A stretch of 64,000 bases of DNA from the NCBI GenBank assembly GCA_964407215.1, contig CAYOUT010000003.1:34700-98699 (forward strand), given 5' to 3'. Each line of letters begins with the position of its first letter. Positions within the stretch are counted from its first letter, which is position 1. Made by a program: the position numbers and the translations under genes. The DNA is from an uncultured Anaerolineales bacterium. GTDB taxonomy: Bacteria > Chloroflexota > Anaerolineae > UBA1429. The notes under the pieces are model-generated. The model did not search any database, was not told the DNA's origin, and worked only from the letters and a program-made list of their open reading frames with translations. Below are positions 37,851-52,261 of the stretch, piece after piece.

Positions 37851-38006
37851 TCTGAATTACGAGGCAGTGTGCTGTATGCGCGGTCTCGCACCATTTCGTC
37901 GGCTCATCGGCTGTACGGCGGATAACTCTTATCCTAGCCCTCTACAACCCCGCCCCTCACATTTTAGAACATATTTGCTCATCCCCCCTCCCGACAGATT
38001 CTTTAC

Positions 38007-38034
38007 TTGTTAACTCTACATTATCTGCTATAAT
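38007..38034 (+). promoter_or_regulatory. sigma70-like promoter for metY-metX-metW (-35 TTGTTA, 16-nt spacer, -10 TATAAT)
   Basis: The promoter is seen directly in an AT-rich stretch. A 170-nt leader follows. Confidence 0.5.
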
Positions 38035-38210
38035 GGGACCAGTCTGATGACCGCCGATGCAGCCGGGCGACCTCAAAGGCGAGGCCGTAGCGACGCTGCA
38101 TCGGCGTACTGTTTATCGAATCGGGTTCGCTGAGGAACACCGGTGCTGACCTGCTGATCTCTGAAGTGCGGCGTACCTAACGCAACCGACACGCATGAGA
38201 ATAGGAGAGT

Positions 38211-39497
38211 GTGATGGCGGAGGAGTTGGAGTTCAAAGGCTTTGATACGCGGGCGCTCCACACAGGGCACACGCCCGATGCCACGGGAGCGCGTGCTGTG
38301 CCTATCTGGCAGACGACCAGCTACGTCTTCCAGGATACGGACCACGCTGCCAGGTTGTTTGCCCTGCAGGAGCCGGGCAACATCTACACGCGCATTATGA
38401 ACCCGACAGTGGATGTGCTCGAGCAGCGCGTGGCCTCCCTCGAAGGGGGCGTCGCGGGCCTCGCATTCTCCAGCGGCATGGCCGCCATTGTGGCTGGCAT
38501 ACTGACATTGACCAGCGCAGGTGATGAGATTGTATCGAGCACACGGCTCTACGGAGGCACTGTGACGCTCTTTAACGTCACTTTGCCGCGAATGGGTGTA
38601 CGTACACGCTGGGTGGATAGCGACGAGCCCGAGGCGTTCGCTGCAGCTATCAACGGGAACACCAAAGTTGTGTATCTTGAGACCATCGGTAACCCCAAAC
38701 TGACGGTGCCCGACCTCGCCGGTATCGCCAAGGCGGCTCACGAGCGCGGAGTGCCGGTCATGGTGGACAATACATCCGCCTCACCCGCCCTGACGCGTCC
38801 CATCGAGCACGATTGCGATATTGTGGTGCACAGTCTCACCAAGTACATGGGGGGGCACGGCAACTCTATCGGCGGAGCGCTCGTGGATGGCGGGGCTTTC
38901 CCTTGGGGTAACGGCAACTTTGCCGATTTCGTCGATCCCGATCCGAGCTACCATGGCGTCAAGTTCTACGAGACCTTTGGCTCAGCCACTTATGCCATGC
39001 GTGCACGGACGCGCCTGCTCCGCGACACCGGCGCTTGCCTCAGCCCGTTCAACGCCTTCCTCATCTTGCAGGGGATCGAAACACTCAGCCTGCGAATGAC
39101 TCGCCATTCTGAGAACGCACTCGAGGTGGCCCAGTATCTCAGCGGCCACGAGAAAGTGGGCTGGGTGCTGTATCCGGGTCTGGAGAACCACCCTTCGTAT
39201 CACAGAGCGCAACGGTATCTACCCCATGGCGCCAGCGGCCTCGTGGGCTTTGGGCTAGTTGGTGGCCTGGAAGCGGGAAGACGGTTCATTGAGAGCCTGA
39301 GACTGTTCAGCCATTTGGCAAACATCGGTGATGCCAAGAGCTTGGCCATACACCCTGCATCCACCACACACTCGCAACTGACGGAGGAAGAGCAGCACCA
39401 AGCGGGAGTAACCCCCGACTTTGTGAGGCTCTCCATCGGGATCGAGAACATAGAAGACATCTTGGCCGATCTGGATCAGGCTCTGCAAAAGGTATAG
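38211..39497 (+). CDS. metY: O-acetylhomoserine aminocarboxypropyltransferase (sulfhydrylase) MetY
   Basis: The [13 protein letters not shown]...[10 protein letters not shown]-terminus and the PLP-lysine region ([11 protein letters not shown]) match MetY. Confidence 0.85.
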   Translation: MMAEELEFKGFDTRALHTGHTPDATGARAVPIWQTTSYVFQDTDHAARLFALQEPGNIYTRIMNPTVDVLEQRVASLEGGVAGLAFSSGMAAIVAGILTLTSAGDEIVSSTRLYGGTVTLFNVTLPRMGVRTRWVDSDEPEAFAAAINGNTKVVYLETIGNPKLTVPDLAGIAKAAHERGVPVMVDNTSASPALTRPIEHDCDIVVHSLTKYMGGHGNSIGGALVDGGAFPWGNGNFADFVDPDPSYHGVKFYETFGSATYAMRARTRLLRDTGACLSPFNAFLILQGIETLSLRMTRHSENALEVAQYLSGHEKVGWVLYPGLENHPSYHRAQRYLPHGASGLVGFGLVGGLEAGRRFIESLRLFSHLANIGDAKSLAIHPASTTHSQLTEEEQHQAGVTPDFVRLSIGIENIEDILADLDQALQKV

Positions 39498-39521
39498 GCA
39501 GCCCCGACCTGAGGACGGACT

Positions 39522-40739
39522 GTGGAAACACAAAAAAGGAACGCTGTAATAAAAGACTCCCGGTTCAGTGGCGAGCGCGGTGTGGGGTTGGTTCAACCAC
39601 GTATCTTTACTTTTGCCGAGCCGCCCCATGAACTGGAGCTGGATTGCGGGCGAAAGCTGGGGCCCATCACGTTGGCTTACGAGACTTACGGCCGGCTCAA
39701 CAAAGCCCGTGATAACGCACTATTGATCTGCCATGCGCTATCGGGCGATGCGCACGTGGCGGGCTATCACTCGCCCCAAGATCGCAAGCCCGGCTGGTGG
39801 AACATCATGGTGGGCCCGGGCAAAACCTTTGATACAGACAAGTATTTTGTCGTTTGCAGCAACGTCATTGGCGGGTGCAAAGGGAGTACAGGGCCCGCGT
39901 CCATCGATCCTAGCACAGGCCAGCCCTACGGTCTGAATTTCCCGGTAGTGACCATCGCTGATATGGTGCGTGCTCAACGGGCGCTTATCGATCATCTCGG
40001 AATCGAGCGCTTGCTTTCGGTGATAGGCGGCAGCATGGGCGGCATGCAGGTTCTGGATTGGGCTGTACGCTACCCCCACCGGGTGGCGTCCGCCATACCC
40101 ATCGCCACCGCTGCGCGCCTGAGCGCCCAGAACATAGCCTTTGATGAGGTGGGGCGCCAGGCCATCATGGCCGACCCCAACTGGATGGGCGGTGATTACT
40201 ATGGCAAGGCGGTTCCTTCGGCGGGCCTGGCCATCGCGCGTATGATCGGGCATATCACTTACCTGTCTGACGAGCAGATGCGTGCCAAGTTTGGCCGCAG
40301 GCTACAGAGCCGCCAGGCCTTTGGCTACGATTTTGAGACCGAGTTCCAGGTTGAGAGCTACCTGCGCTACCAGGGCGACAGCTTTGTGCATCGCTTTGAC
40401 GCCAACTCGTATCTCTATATCACCAAAGCCATCGATTACTTTGATTTGGCCAACGGTTACGGATCGCTTATCGAGGCGCTGGCACGGGTGAGGGCCTCCT
40501 TCTTGGTGATATCGTTCACTAGCGATTGGCTTTTCCCCACCTACCAGTCAAAGGAGATCGTGCGAGCGCTGCAGGCCAATGCCGCGCCTACGACCTTTGT
40601 CGAGATCCCGAGCAGCTATGGCCACGACGCCTTCTTGCTACCCAACGAGCAGATGGAGGCGTCCATGGCCGGGTTTCTGGCTAACGTGCAAGCACAGGTG
40701 CGCCGAGGCGTAAACGAGGTGGACGACGGATGCCCATGA
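39522..40739 (+). CDS. metX: homoserine O-acetyltransferase MetX
   Basis: It has an alpha/beta hydrolase fold with GGSMGGMQ (GxSxG). [14 protein letters not shown] is present. Confidence 0.85.
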   Translation: METQKRNAVIKDSRFSGERGVGLVQPRIFTFAEPPHELELDCGRKLGPITLAYETYGRLNKARDNALLICHALSGDAHVAGYHSPQDRKPGWWNIMVGPGKTFDTDKYFVVCSNVIGGCKGSTGPASIDPSTGQPYGLNFPVVTIADMVRAQRALIDHLGIERLLSVIGGSMGGMQVLDWAVRYPHRVASAIPIATAARLSAQNIAFDEVGRQAIMADPNWMGGDYYGKAVPSAGLAIARMIGHITYLSDEQMRAKFGRRLQSRQAFGYDFETEFQVESYLRYQGDSFVHRFDANSYLYITKAIDYFDLANGYGSLIEALARVRASFLVISFTSDWLFPTYQSKEIVRALQANAAPTTFVEIPSSYGHDAFLLPNEQMEASMAGFLANVQAQVRRGVNEVDDGCP

Positions 40740-41347
40740 ACTCGCGCTCTTCCTCCCGGATACGCCCCGACTATGGCCTCATCGAGTCCCTGGTACCGCG
40801 CTGTGCAAAAGTATTGGATCTGGGCTGTGGCGATGGCAGCCTCCTAGCGCATCTCAAAGCCAACAAAGGCTGTGACGGGCGAGGTATCGAGATCGACGAG
40901 CGTGCAGTGCTCGAGTGCGTCACGCGAGGCGTGCCCGTCTATCACGGCGATATGGTAGAGGGGATGGATTCTTACCGAGATCGCACTTTTGACGTGGTGA
41001 TTCTCAGCCAGACTCTGCAGCAAACCAGCGACCCGCGCCACGTAATCCACGAGATGTTGCGCGTCGGTGGACGCGCCATCATCAGCTTCCCCAACTTTGG
41101 GCACTGGTACACCAGGCTGCAGCTTCTGCTCACAGGACGCATGCCGCAGAATCGCTTGCTGCCGTACACTTGGTATGAGACTCCTAACGTTCACCTGTGC
41201 ACAGTGAAGGATTTTTTGGAGCTGTGCAGCGCCGAGAGACTTTGCCGTGTAGAAGAGATCTATCTCACACCGGGCTACCGCCGTGTCAGCTCGAGCCTTG
41301 CCAATCTGTGGGCGGGTCTCGCGATATTCGAGATCGAGCGCGCTTGA
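40730..41347 (+). CDS. metW: methionine biosynthesis protein MetW
   Basis: [15 protein letters not shown] and ISFPNFGHW match the MetW family. The start overlaps the metX stop. Confidence 0.8.
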   Translation: MPMNSRSSSRIRPDYGLIESLVPRCAKVLDLGCGDGSLLAHLKANKGCDGRGIEIDERAVLECVTRGVPVYHGDMVEGMDSYRDRTFDVVILSQTLQQTSDPRHVIHEMLRVGGRAIISFPNFGHWYTRLQLLLTGRMPQNRLLPYTWYETPNVHLCTVKDFLELCSAERLCRVEEIYLTPGYRRVSSSLANLWAGLAIFEIERA

Positions 41348-41374
41348 CGCGTCATAGCTTAGGTAGCGGATCAT

Positions 41375-41403
41375 TTGCTTACTCTGCCGCTGGCTTGTAT
41401 GAT
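41375..41403 (+). promoter_or_regulatory. candidate promoter of the fucosidase gene (-35 TTGCTT, 17 nt, -10 TATGAT)
   Basis: The promoter is seen in the sequence. An AAAGGAGGA Shine-Dalgarno lies before the ATG at 41483. Confidence 0.35.
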
Positions 41404-41482
41404 CGAGCTAACGGCGTGTTGCGTGCGCCTCTTGCAGTACAGCAAGTACGCTATGTGAGGCACCATCACAAAGGAGGATGCC

Positions 41483-42772
41483 ATGAGCAAGGGCAAGCTA
41501 AAAACGGCAGATACGGCTTGGTGGGTTCACGATCGGCTTGGGATGTTTATCCACTGGGGGCTGTATGCCTTACCCGCACGCCACGAGTGGATACAGAGCA
41601 TGGAGCGCATCACGGAAGAGAACTATCGCAAATACTTTGATCATTTCGATCCCGACCTATACGACCCCAAGGCTTGGGCGCGTGCAGCGCGGGAAGCTGG
41701 TATGCGCTATTTCGTCATCACCACCAAACACCACGAGGGCTTCTGCCTGTGGGATTCGCAGCAGACCGACTACAAAGCGACCAACACGCCCTACGGCAGG
41801 GACCTGTTGCGGCCGATGGTCGAGGCGTTCAGAGCCGAGGGTCTGCGTGTGGGCTTTTACCACTCTCTCATCGACTGGCACCACCCCGACTATCCAGTGG
41901 ATCGCGTACACCCCATGCGAGACGACGCCGAATTCCGCGAGCGGACGCGTGGCCGCGATGTGGCTCGCTACGCCGCATACTTGGAGGCCCAGGTACGAGA
42001 GCTTCTCACACAGTACGGCGAGATCGACCTGATCTTTTACGATTTCTCTTTCCCGGGAGAGGATGGCAAAGGGCGTGACGACTGGCAATCGGAAAAGCTG
42101 CTCGCGTTGACGCGCGAGCTGCAACCGGGGATCATCGTCAACGACCGTCTTGATCTGCTGGACGTCCCCGGCGGTTGGGATTACCGCACGCCGGAGCAGG
42201 TGATGGTGCGCGAGGGGCTCAAGGTAGATGGTAAGCCCGTTCTCTGGGAGACTTGCCAAACCTTCTCCGGCAGTTGGGGCTACCACCGCGACGAGGCCAC
42301 CTGGAAGAGCGTAGATCAGCTCCTGCTGCTACTGATCGACACGGTGAGCAAAGGGGGCAACCTGTTGCTTAACGTGGGACCTACCGCACGCGGCGAGTTC
42401 GACGACCGCGCCCTAGATCGGTTGGAGGGCATGGGCGCTTGGATGCGGCGCCACGGGCGCGCTATCTATGGCTGTACGCCGGCCCCGTCCGAGTTCGTCA
42501 CACCACAGGACTGTCGTCTCACCTACAACCCCGAGACGCGGCGCCTCTACGTGCACGTGTTGAACTGGCCCATCCAAGAGCTGCATCTGGATGGTTTGGC
42601 TGGCAAGGTGGCCTATGCCCAGCTGCTCAACGACGCGTCCGAGGTTCACTTTCGTGAACAAACTGAGCCACAGGCTCCTTGGGAGGGTGGAGGCAAGGAC
42701 ACTCTGACCCTCCGTCTGCCAGTGACGCGTCCCAATGTGGCCGTGCCCGTCGTCGAACTGTTCCTCAAGTAG
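41483..42772 (+). CDS. alpha-L-fucosidase (GH29)
   Basis: FIHWGLYA, ITTKHHEGFCLWDS and the YHSLIDWHHPDY motifs are typical of GH29. Confidence 0.85.
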   Translation: MSKGKLKTADTAWWVHDRLGMFIHWGLYALPARHEWIQSMERITEENYRKYFDHFDPDLYDPKAWARAAREAGMRYFVITTKHHEGFCLWDSQQTDYKATNTPYGRDLLRPMVEAFRAEGLRVGFYHSLIDWHHPDYPVDRVHPMRDDAEFRERTRGRDVARYAAYLEAQVRELLTQYGEIDLIFYDFSFPGEDGKGRDDWQSEKLLALTRELQPGIIVNDRLDLLDVPGGWDYRTPEQVMVREGLKVDGKPVLWETCQTFSGSWGYHRDEATWKSVDQLLLLLIDTVSKGGNLLLNVGPTARGEFDDRALDRLEGMGAWMRRHGRAIYGCTPAPSEFVTPQDCRLTYNPETRRLYVHVLNWPIQELHLDGLAGKVAYAQLLNDASEVHFREQTEPQAPWEGGGKDTLTLRLPVTRPNVAVPVVELFLK

Positions 42773-42787
42773 GCTGTAGGATGAGTT

Positions 42788-42814
42788 GGGGCAGCGCATG
42801 GTTCGCGCTGCCCC
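42788..42814 (+). terminator. hairpin terminator (GGGGCAGCGC-atggttc-GCGCTGCCCC) located 15 nt after the fucosidase stop
   Basis: A perfect 10-bp stem is followed by GGTTGTCTG. The genes around it are convergent. Confidence 0.5.
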
Positions 42815-42925
42815 GGTTGTCTGCCTAGCCCCCGGCCGCTCCTCGCACAAGCGCAGACTCTGCGGAATGGTGAGGCTTCTTGCCTTGGCTGCAATTGGCG
42901 ATTGTGCCCGATGTCGGCTCAAGCT

Positions 42926-44227
42926 CTAGCTATACGTCGGCAGGTAATCCCCGTGCGCCTCGATCAGATCATCGCACAACGACACGATCTCATCCAGTGT
43001 CAGTTCGGCCGCGGTGTGTGGGTCGAGCATGGCCGCCTGGTAGATGTGCTCCTTCTTTCTCGTCAGGGCCGCTTGGATCGTCAGCTCGTGAACGTTCACG
43101 TTGGTTCTTGTGAGCGCCGCGCACTGGGCGGGCAGGTCGCCTACGTAGGTGGGAGTGATGCCGTTACGGTCGGCCACACACATCACCTCGACGCAGCAGT
43201 CGTAGGGCAGGTTAGTGATCAGGCTCTTGTTAAGCACGTTGCCACCGAACAGGAACGGTGTGCCGGTGAGTACGGCGTCGAAAATGAACGAGGCGTACTC
43301 GTGGCCACGCTCGTGCTCAATGGGATGGTCCGCTAGCAACTCCTCGCGCATTTTCTCCCATCCCTTGATCTGCGCGATACAGCGTCGAGGATACTCGTCC
43401 AGCGGGATGTGAAAGCGCTCGATCAGTTCGGGAGCTCTGCCCTTGATGAACCAGGGCACATACTCGGCGCTATGCTCGCTCGATTCGGTGACATAGTAAC
43501 CGAACCACTTCATGATCTCGAAACGCACGGCGTCCTTGTGTTTGTACTCGGGGAGCTCAGCACGCCGTTTGATCTCGGGGTACAGGTCCTCTCCGTGGCG
43601 GGTGATCTCTAGCAGCCAACCCTGATGGTTAACGCCTGCGATCTTCCATTGCAGGTCATCGGTGGGCAGGTCCAATTCGTGACACAAATGGCTGGCGCAG
43701 CCCTGCACGCTGTGGCATAGACCCACAGTACGTATGCTACTGGCTTTGAGAATGGCGCCAGTAAGCATCGCCATAGGGTTGCTATAGCTCAGCATCAGAA
43801 CGTCCGGGGCGACCTCCTCCATAATGCGGCAATAGTCCAACATCACTGGGATGGTGCGCAAGCCACGAAAGATGCCACCGATCCCCAGCGTATCGGCGAT
43901 AGTCTGGCGTAGCCCGTACTTTTTCGGAACCTCAAAGTCGATGACGGTGCTTGGCTCATAGCCGCCCACTTGGATGGCGTTCACGACAAAGTCGGCGCCT
44001 TCCAGGGCTTTGGCGGCGTCCTGTGCCAGATAGGCCTCTACCGTGGCGTTTGCGTGTAGGGTGCGGTTGATGTTCTTGAGCATCACCTCCGACACGCGTA
44101 GGCGGTCCGGATCGATATCGATAAGGGTGATGTGCGCATCTCGCAACGAATCCACATGTAGGCAATCGCCCAACACGCTTTTGGCGAATACCGTGCTGCC
44201 GGCGCCGAGAAAGCTGATCTTGGCCAC
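42926..44227 (-). CDS. GH4-family NAD+/Mn2+-dependent alpha-galactosidase/alpha-glucosidase
   Basis: VAKISFLGAGSTVF is the GH4 Rossmann N-terminus. The true start is a GTG at 44227, preceded by a perfect AGGAGG Shine-Dalgarno; the track ATG at 44272 is an over-extension. Confidence 0.8.
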   Translation of the reverse strand: MAKISFLGAGSTVFAKSVLGDCLHVDSLRDAHITLIDIDPDRLRVSEVMLKNINRTLHANATVEAYLAQDAAKALEGADFVVNAIQVGGYEPSTVIDFEVPKKYGLRQTIADTLGIGGIFRGLRTIPVMLDYCRIMEEVAPDVLMLSYSNPMAMLTGAILKASSIRTVGLCHSVQGCASHLCHELDLPTDDLQWKIAGVNHQGWLLEITRHGEDLYPEIKRRAELPEYKHKDAVRFEIMKWFGYYVTESSEHSAEYVPWFIKGRAPELIERFHIPLDEYPRRCIAQIKGWEKMREELLADHPIEHERGHEYASFIFDAVLTGTPFLFGGNVLNKSLITNLPYDCCVEVMCVADRNGITPTYVGDLPAQCAALTRTNVNVHELTIQAALTRKKEHIYQAAMLDPHTAAELTLDEIVSLCDDLIEAHGDYLPTYS

Positions 44228-44317
44228 GGCTGACCTCCTCTTGGGGTAATGCTCGGATGGTAGACGTTGCAAAGCCGCGCGTCAAGCAGAGCGGCGATGT
44301 GCAAATTGGTGTTTGTC

Positions 44318-47612
<3,295 letters not shown>

Positions 47613-47636
47613 GCTTGGGTGAAGGAGTGTTCTAGC

Positions 47637-48962
47637 ATGGTGATCTTTCAACGTGAGATACCTGTACGTTACGATGTGGATGTGTTCGTGGCTGGCGGCG
47701 GACCTGCGGGGGTTGCGGCTGCTCTGGCGGCGGCGCGCCATGGCGCCAGCGTTTTTCTGGCCGAAGGTCACACCTGTTTTGGTGGAATGGGCACTGCCGG
47801 CCTGGTGCCGGCGTTTATGCAGTTTGGCGATGGAGTACACTTTTTGGCCGGAGGCATCGGGCGCGAAGTTTACGATCGTCTCTGGCGGGCGAACGGTGTT
47901 GGCCCCGACGACCGCTATGATGATCCGTACGGCCGTGCGGCCATCCGCACCGAGGTGCTCAAACGCGTCTACGACGAGATGATGGCAGAGTCGAGCGCAG
48001 AGTTTGCTTTCCAGACGCAAATAGTGGCTGTAGAGCATGTGGACGGCCGGATGGATGCGGCGATCTGCGCCGCCAAGAGCGGCCTGTACGCCGTCAAAGC
48101 GAGGGTGTTCGTGGACTGTACGGGCGACGGCGACCTGTGTGCCTGGGCGGACGCGCCTTATGAGAAGGGCGACGCAGAAAGCAACATGATGCCCGGTACT
48201 GTCTGCAGCCTGTGGGCCGATATCGACTGGGATACTGTGCGCGTGTCCGGCTTGAGCCCACAAAAAGCCGTCTTGCAGGCTGTGGAGGATGGAATCTTTA
48301 CCCATCCCGATCGCCATCTACCGGGTATGTGGCGCGTGGGGCGGCGCGCTGGCGGGGGCAATATCGGCCATACCTACGGCGTGGACGCCACCGACGAACG
48401 TTCGCTAACTCGGGCGCTCCTCTGGGGCCGCCAGGTGGTGATGGAGTACGAGCGTTTCTACAAGCAGTACCTGCGAGGCTATGAGCGTATGGAGCTCATG
48501 GCTACGGGCTCGCTACACGGCACTCGCGAATCGCGGCGCATCCTGGGAGATTACGTCTTGAGCCTGGACGACTTTACCAGTCAGGCGGTGTTCGAGGATG
48601 AGATCGGGCGCTACGCCTACCCGGTGGATATCCACGCCTCCAAGCCGGATGCCGCCTCCTTTGCACAGTTTGAGAAAGAGATGGGCACCTATCGCTACGA
48701 TCCGGGCGAGAGCTACGGGATCCCCTATCGCATCCTGTTGCCGCAAGGCCTGCGGAACGTGCTTGTGGCCGGGCGTTGCGTTAGCTCGGATCGCTACCTG
48801 CAAGGGTCGATTCGCGTCATGCCCGGCTGCTATATCACAGGCCAGGCCGCAGGGTTAGCTGCAGCATTGGCCTCCCGACAGGAGGGTGACACGCGGGCGG
48901 TCTCTGTGGAGGAACTACAGGCCGGCCTACGTGCCATGGGGGCGTACCTGCCCAATAGCTAG
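47637..48962 (+). CDS. FAD-dependent oxidoreductase (GidA/FixC-like FAD_oxidored family)
   Basis: DVFVAGGGPAGVAAALAAARHG is a GxGxxG dinucleotide-binding motif. An AAGGAG Shine-Dalgarno precedes the ATG at 47637. Confidence 0.65.
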   Translation: MVIFQREIPVRYDVDVFVAGGGPAGVAAALAAARHGASVFLAEGHTCFGGMGTAGLVPAFMQFGDGVHFLAGGIGREVYDRLWRANGVGPDDRYDDPYGRAAIRTEVLKRVYDEMMAESSAEFAFQTQIVAVEHVDGRMDAAICAAKSGLYAVKARVFVDCTGDGDLCAWADAPYEKGDAESNMMPGTVCSLWADIDWDTVRVSGLSPQKAVLQAVEDGIFTHPDRHLPGMWRVGRRAGGGNIGHTYGVDATDERSLTRALLWGRQVVMEYERFYKQYLRGYERMELMATGSLHGTRESRRILGDYVLSLDDFTSQAVFEDEIGRYAYPVDIHASKPDAASFAQFEKEMGTYRYDPGESYGIPYRILLPQGLRNVLVAGRCVSSDRYLQGSIRVMPGCYITGQAAGLAAALASRQEGDTRAVSVEELQAGLRAMGAYLPNS

Positions 48963-49021
48963 CACGAGGGGCTCTGATGCCCTCAATAGTGCGACACGAG
49001 CAGAGACCAAGGAGCCCATCG

Positions 49022-50176
49022 ATGGATCGACCAAAGGACGGGGTGTATGCTCCAGTGGCGCGAGACACTATGGTGGAGCCGGCGCGTCGGCTGCGAGATG
49101 TCTACGCCATTACGCCGGAGGAGCCGCTCATCAAACGCGAGTTCGGCTTCTATTCGCTGGAAGCGTGGCGTGAGCAGGGGATGCCTCAGGATGTGCCCCT
49201 GCCAGAGCTGTTCGACTATGACGAGCCGGGTATCTACCACCTGGGGCAACTCGGTTGGTGCGAGGCGGCTTTTTGTCCCGATTTCGAGGAGAAGGTGCTG
49301 GAGGATCGGGGCGATCACGAGGTAGTGCAAGATCTCGCCGGGCGGCACGTGTTGTATTTCAAAGGGCGGCGTGACGGCTTTATGCCCGAGTATTTGGATC
49401 ACCCCGTGAAAGATATGCACACTTGGGAACGAGACGCCAAGTGGCGTTTGGACCCGGCTAGCCCGGAGCGCTATGACGACTTGGAGTCTCGTATGGAGCG
49501 CGCCCGTGTAGAGGCCGCCAAAGGGATGATCGTATCGCAGAACCTGATCGGTGGCTACATGTACCTGCGCAGCCTTATCGGTCCCAGCGAGCTCCTCTAT
49601 GCATTTTACGATATGCCGGACGTGATTCACGAGTGTATGCGGGCATGGTTCGAACTGGCGGACGCAGTCATCGCGCGGCATCAGCAATATGTCACACTGG
49701 ACGAACTATATCTCGCCGAGGATATCTGCTACAACGCTGGCTTGCTCATCTCGCCCGACATGATGCGCGCGTTCTTGTTCCCGTATTACCAGCAACTCAT
49801 CTCTAATATCAAGGCGAGACAGCTCGACCCAGAGCGCCATCTCTATATTCAGGTCGACACCGACGGCCATGCCCCCGCAGCGATTCCTGCCTATCGTGAG
49901 ATCGGCATGGATGTCATGAGCCCCTTCGAGGTGGCGTCGGGTTGTGATGTGGTGGCCCTGGGTCGGCGGTACCCCGATCTGGTGATCTTGGGCGGCATCG
50001 ACAAGCGCGTTTTAGCCTCTGGTCGCAAAGCTATCGACCGCCACCTCGAATATATTTTGCCCACCATGAAAGCTCGCGGGGGTTATATCCCCACATGTGA
50101 TCACGGCGTACCGGCCGAGGTGCCCTACGAAGACTATTTGTACTACCGCAGACGCTGTGTTGAACTCGGGAGCTAA
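49022..50176 (+). CDS. URO-D-family protein, paralog 2
   Basis: The C-terminal half aligns with paralogs 1 and 3 (GGIDKRVL..., ARGGYIPTCDHGVP). An AAGGAG Shine-Dalgarno is present. Confidence 0.55.
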   Translation: MDRPKDGVYAPVARDTMVEPARRLRDVYAITPEEPLIKREFGFYSLEAWREQGMPQDVPLPELFDYDEPGIYHLGQLGWCEAAFCPDFEEKVLEDRGDHEVVQDLAGRHVLYFKGRRDGFMPEYLDHPVKDMHTWERDAKWRLDPASPERYDDLESRMERARVEAAKGMIVSQNLIGGYMYLRSLIGPSELLYAFYDMPDVIHECMRAWFELADAVIARHQQYVTLDELYLAEDICYNAGLLISPDMMRAFLFPYYQQLISNIKARQLDPERHLYIQVDTDGHAPAAIPAYREIGMDVMSPFEVASGCDVVALGRRYPDLVILGGIDKRVLASGRKAIDRHLEYILPTMKARGGYIPTCDHGVPAEVPYEDYLYYRRRCVELGS

Positions 50177-50213
50177 CGACCGTCATACGCACTACTGACT
50201 GAAGGAGAGTAGC

Positions 50214-52193
50214 ATGAGCCGCTACACTGGGCCTTATTTGGGCGCCGCCTATTACCCTGAGGATTGGCCTCTGGAGCAGGTCGATGAGGACATCGCTCTC
50301 ATGCGCGACGCGGGTATGACCGTGATGCGCATCGGCGAGTTCGCCTGGAGCCGTATGGAGCCCAAGGAGGGCGTGTATACGCTGGATTGGCTCCACTTGG
50401 TGGTGGACAAGCTGGGGGAAGCGGGCATCGCCACCATCATGGGCACTCCCACCTGCACGCCGCCGGCCTGGCTTGCCGAACGCTATCCCGAGATTCTGGC
50501 GGTGGATGACCAAGGACAACGCGCACAGCACGGAGCGCGCCGTCATGCATGCCCCAACAATCCGGTCTATCGCGATTACTGCGCTCGTATCGTCACTCGC
50601 CTGGCAGAGGCGTTCGGGCGGGATGATAACGTCATCGGCTGGCAGATCGATAACGAGCTATACCCTTACGGTGCGAGAGGATGCTGCTGCCCCGTCTGTC
50701 ACGCGCGCTTCATCGAGGCGATGGGGGCACAGTTCGGCGATATCGGAGCCTTGAACGGGGCCTGGGGAACGGATTTGTGGAGCCAGACCTACCAATCCTT
50801 TAGCCAGTTGCCGATTCCTCGTGTCGATGTATGGCATCACCCCTCGTTGCTCACGGCCTGGATGGCCTTCCAGTCTGACTCGTATGTGGCCTTCTCGGAC
50901 CACCAGGCGGATATCTTGCACAGCTTGGTGCAGCAGCCGGTGGGCACAGATATGATGCCTTTTGGCGGGTTGAACTACCACAAGGTCCACCGAAAACTGG
51001 ATGTCGTGCAGTTCAACCATTACAACAGCATGGAGAACCTGTGGCAGGCAGCGTTCTGGATGGATTTATGCAGACCGCTGAAAGAGACACCCTTTTGGAA
51101 TACGGAGACTGCCACCTGCTGGAATGGCTCCACGACGGCCATGGGCTACAAGGAGCCGGGGTTCTGTCGGGCCAATTCCTGGCTCCCCATCGCACTGGGC
51201 GGTGAGGCCAACTTGTATTGGCTTTGGCGTGCGCACTGGAGCGGCCAGGAGCTGATGCACGGTTCGGTGGTCTCTAGCTGTGGGCGGCCCTTACACATTC
51301 TGGGAGAGGTGCAAGAGATAGCGGCTGGCTATCGGCAAGCAGCCGAGTTCATTCGGGGGACGAGGCCCACGCGATCTGGCCTGGCCGCCCACTTTTCGGG
51401 GTTGGCTTGGTGGATGTTCGAATTTCAGCCCATGGTGCGGGGCTTTAGCTATGGGGAAAAACTGCTGAACGCCTTCTATCGGCCAGTGCAACAGGCGCAA
51501 CTCCGACCCGACATCATCGACCCCGCCGCGTCGCTGGAGCCCTATCAGTTGGTCTGCTCACCTTTCCTGCCGACTCTGGACGAAGCGAGTCTGCGCGAGC
51601 GGTTGCTCGCTTGGATCGAGGCGGGCGGCACGTGGGTGGCGGGACCTCTTACCGATGTGCGTGACCTCCATGCGACGAAATACCGGCATGCGCCCTACGG
51701 CTCACTGGAAGACTGGGCGGGCGTGCGCTGTCGATACCAGATACCGGGCGACCCTCGCGAGTTTGGCTTACGCTGGGAGGATGGCTCTGTCTCGCACGGC
51801 TCGGTGTGGTACGACGGACTGGAGCTACAGGATGGCGAGGCGCTGGCTCTGTACACGGAGGGTCCTCTCGAGGGGCTGGCGGCTGCCGTACGACGTCGCA
51901 TTGGGCGAGGACAGATCGTGTTGCTGGGCACTATGCCAACGCCGGAGGACCTTCGGGACTTGCTGATGCGCTTGGGGCGAGAGGCGGGCGTGGCCCCCAC
52001 TACCGAGGCTACGTCGAACCTATTGGTAGTGCCACGCGAGGGACCCGCGGGCCGAGGCGTGATAGTGCTCGAGCTGGATCATCGCGAAGGAGCGCTCACC
52101 CTGCTCGCCTCCGCCACCGATCTGCTCACCGGTGCGCGATATGATGGACGGGTGCAGGTTCCCCCGTACGGCGTCATGGTTCTCGCGTGCTGA
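50214..52193 (+). CDS. beta-galactosidase (GH42) with a CxxC/Cys4 zinc site
   Basis: GAAYYPEDW, the WQIDNE catalytic acid and the CCCPVCH zinc motif are characteristic of GH42. Confidence 0.85.
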   Translation: MSRYTGPYLGAAYYPEDWPLEQVDEDIALMRDAGMTVMRIGEFAWSRMEPKEGVYTLDWLHLVVDKLGEAGIATIMGTPTCTPPAWLAERYPEILAVDDQGQRAQHGARRHACPNNPVYRDYCARIVTRLAEAFGRDDNVIGWQIDNELYPYGARGCCCPVCHARFIEAMGAQFGDIGALNGAWGTDLWSQTYQSFSQLPIPRVDVWHHPSLLTAWMAFQSDSYVAFSDHQADILHSLVQQPVGTDMMPFGGLNYHKVHRKLDVVQFNHYNSMENLWQAAFWMDLCRPLKETPFWNTETATCWNGSTTAMGYKEPGFCRANSWLPIALGGEANLYWLWRAHWSGQELMHGSVVSSCGRPLHILGEVQEIAAGYRQAAEFIRGTRPTRSGLAAHFSGLAWWMFEFQPMVRGFSYGEKLLNAFYRPVQQAQLRPDIIDPAASLEPYQLVCSPFLPTLDEASLRERLLAWIEAGGTWVAGPLTDVRDLHATKYRHAPYGSLEDWAGVRCRYQIPGDPREFGLRWEDGSVSHGSVWYDGLELQDGEALALYTEGPLEGLAAAVRRRIGRGQIVLLGTMPTPEDLRDLLMRLGREAGVAPTTEATSNLLVVPREGPAGRGVIVLELDHREGALTLLASATDLLTGARYDGRVQVPPYGVMVLAC

Positions 52194-52261
52194 GGTCTTG
52201 TGTTAACAGCGGCGTAGAGTCTGCGCTGCACAACGACACGATGTCAAACGAAAGGGATGCT

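Noticed and set aside
37920-37940. CUCUUAUC, identical to the 5' start of the S-box (SAM-I) consensus.
   Set aside because: It lies ~100 nt upstream of the best promoter, so it would not be transcribed from it. The following GGnGGAGGGA and GCAACC blocks are not present in register.
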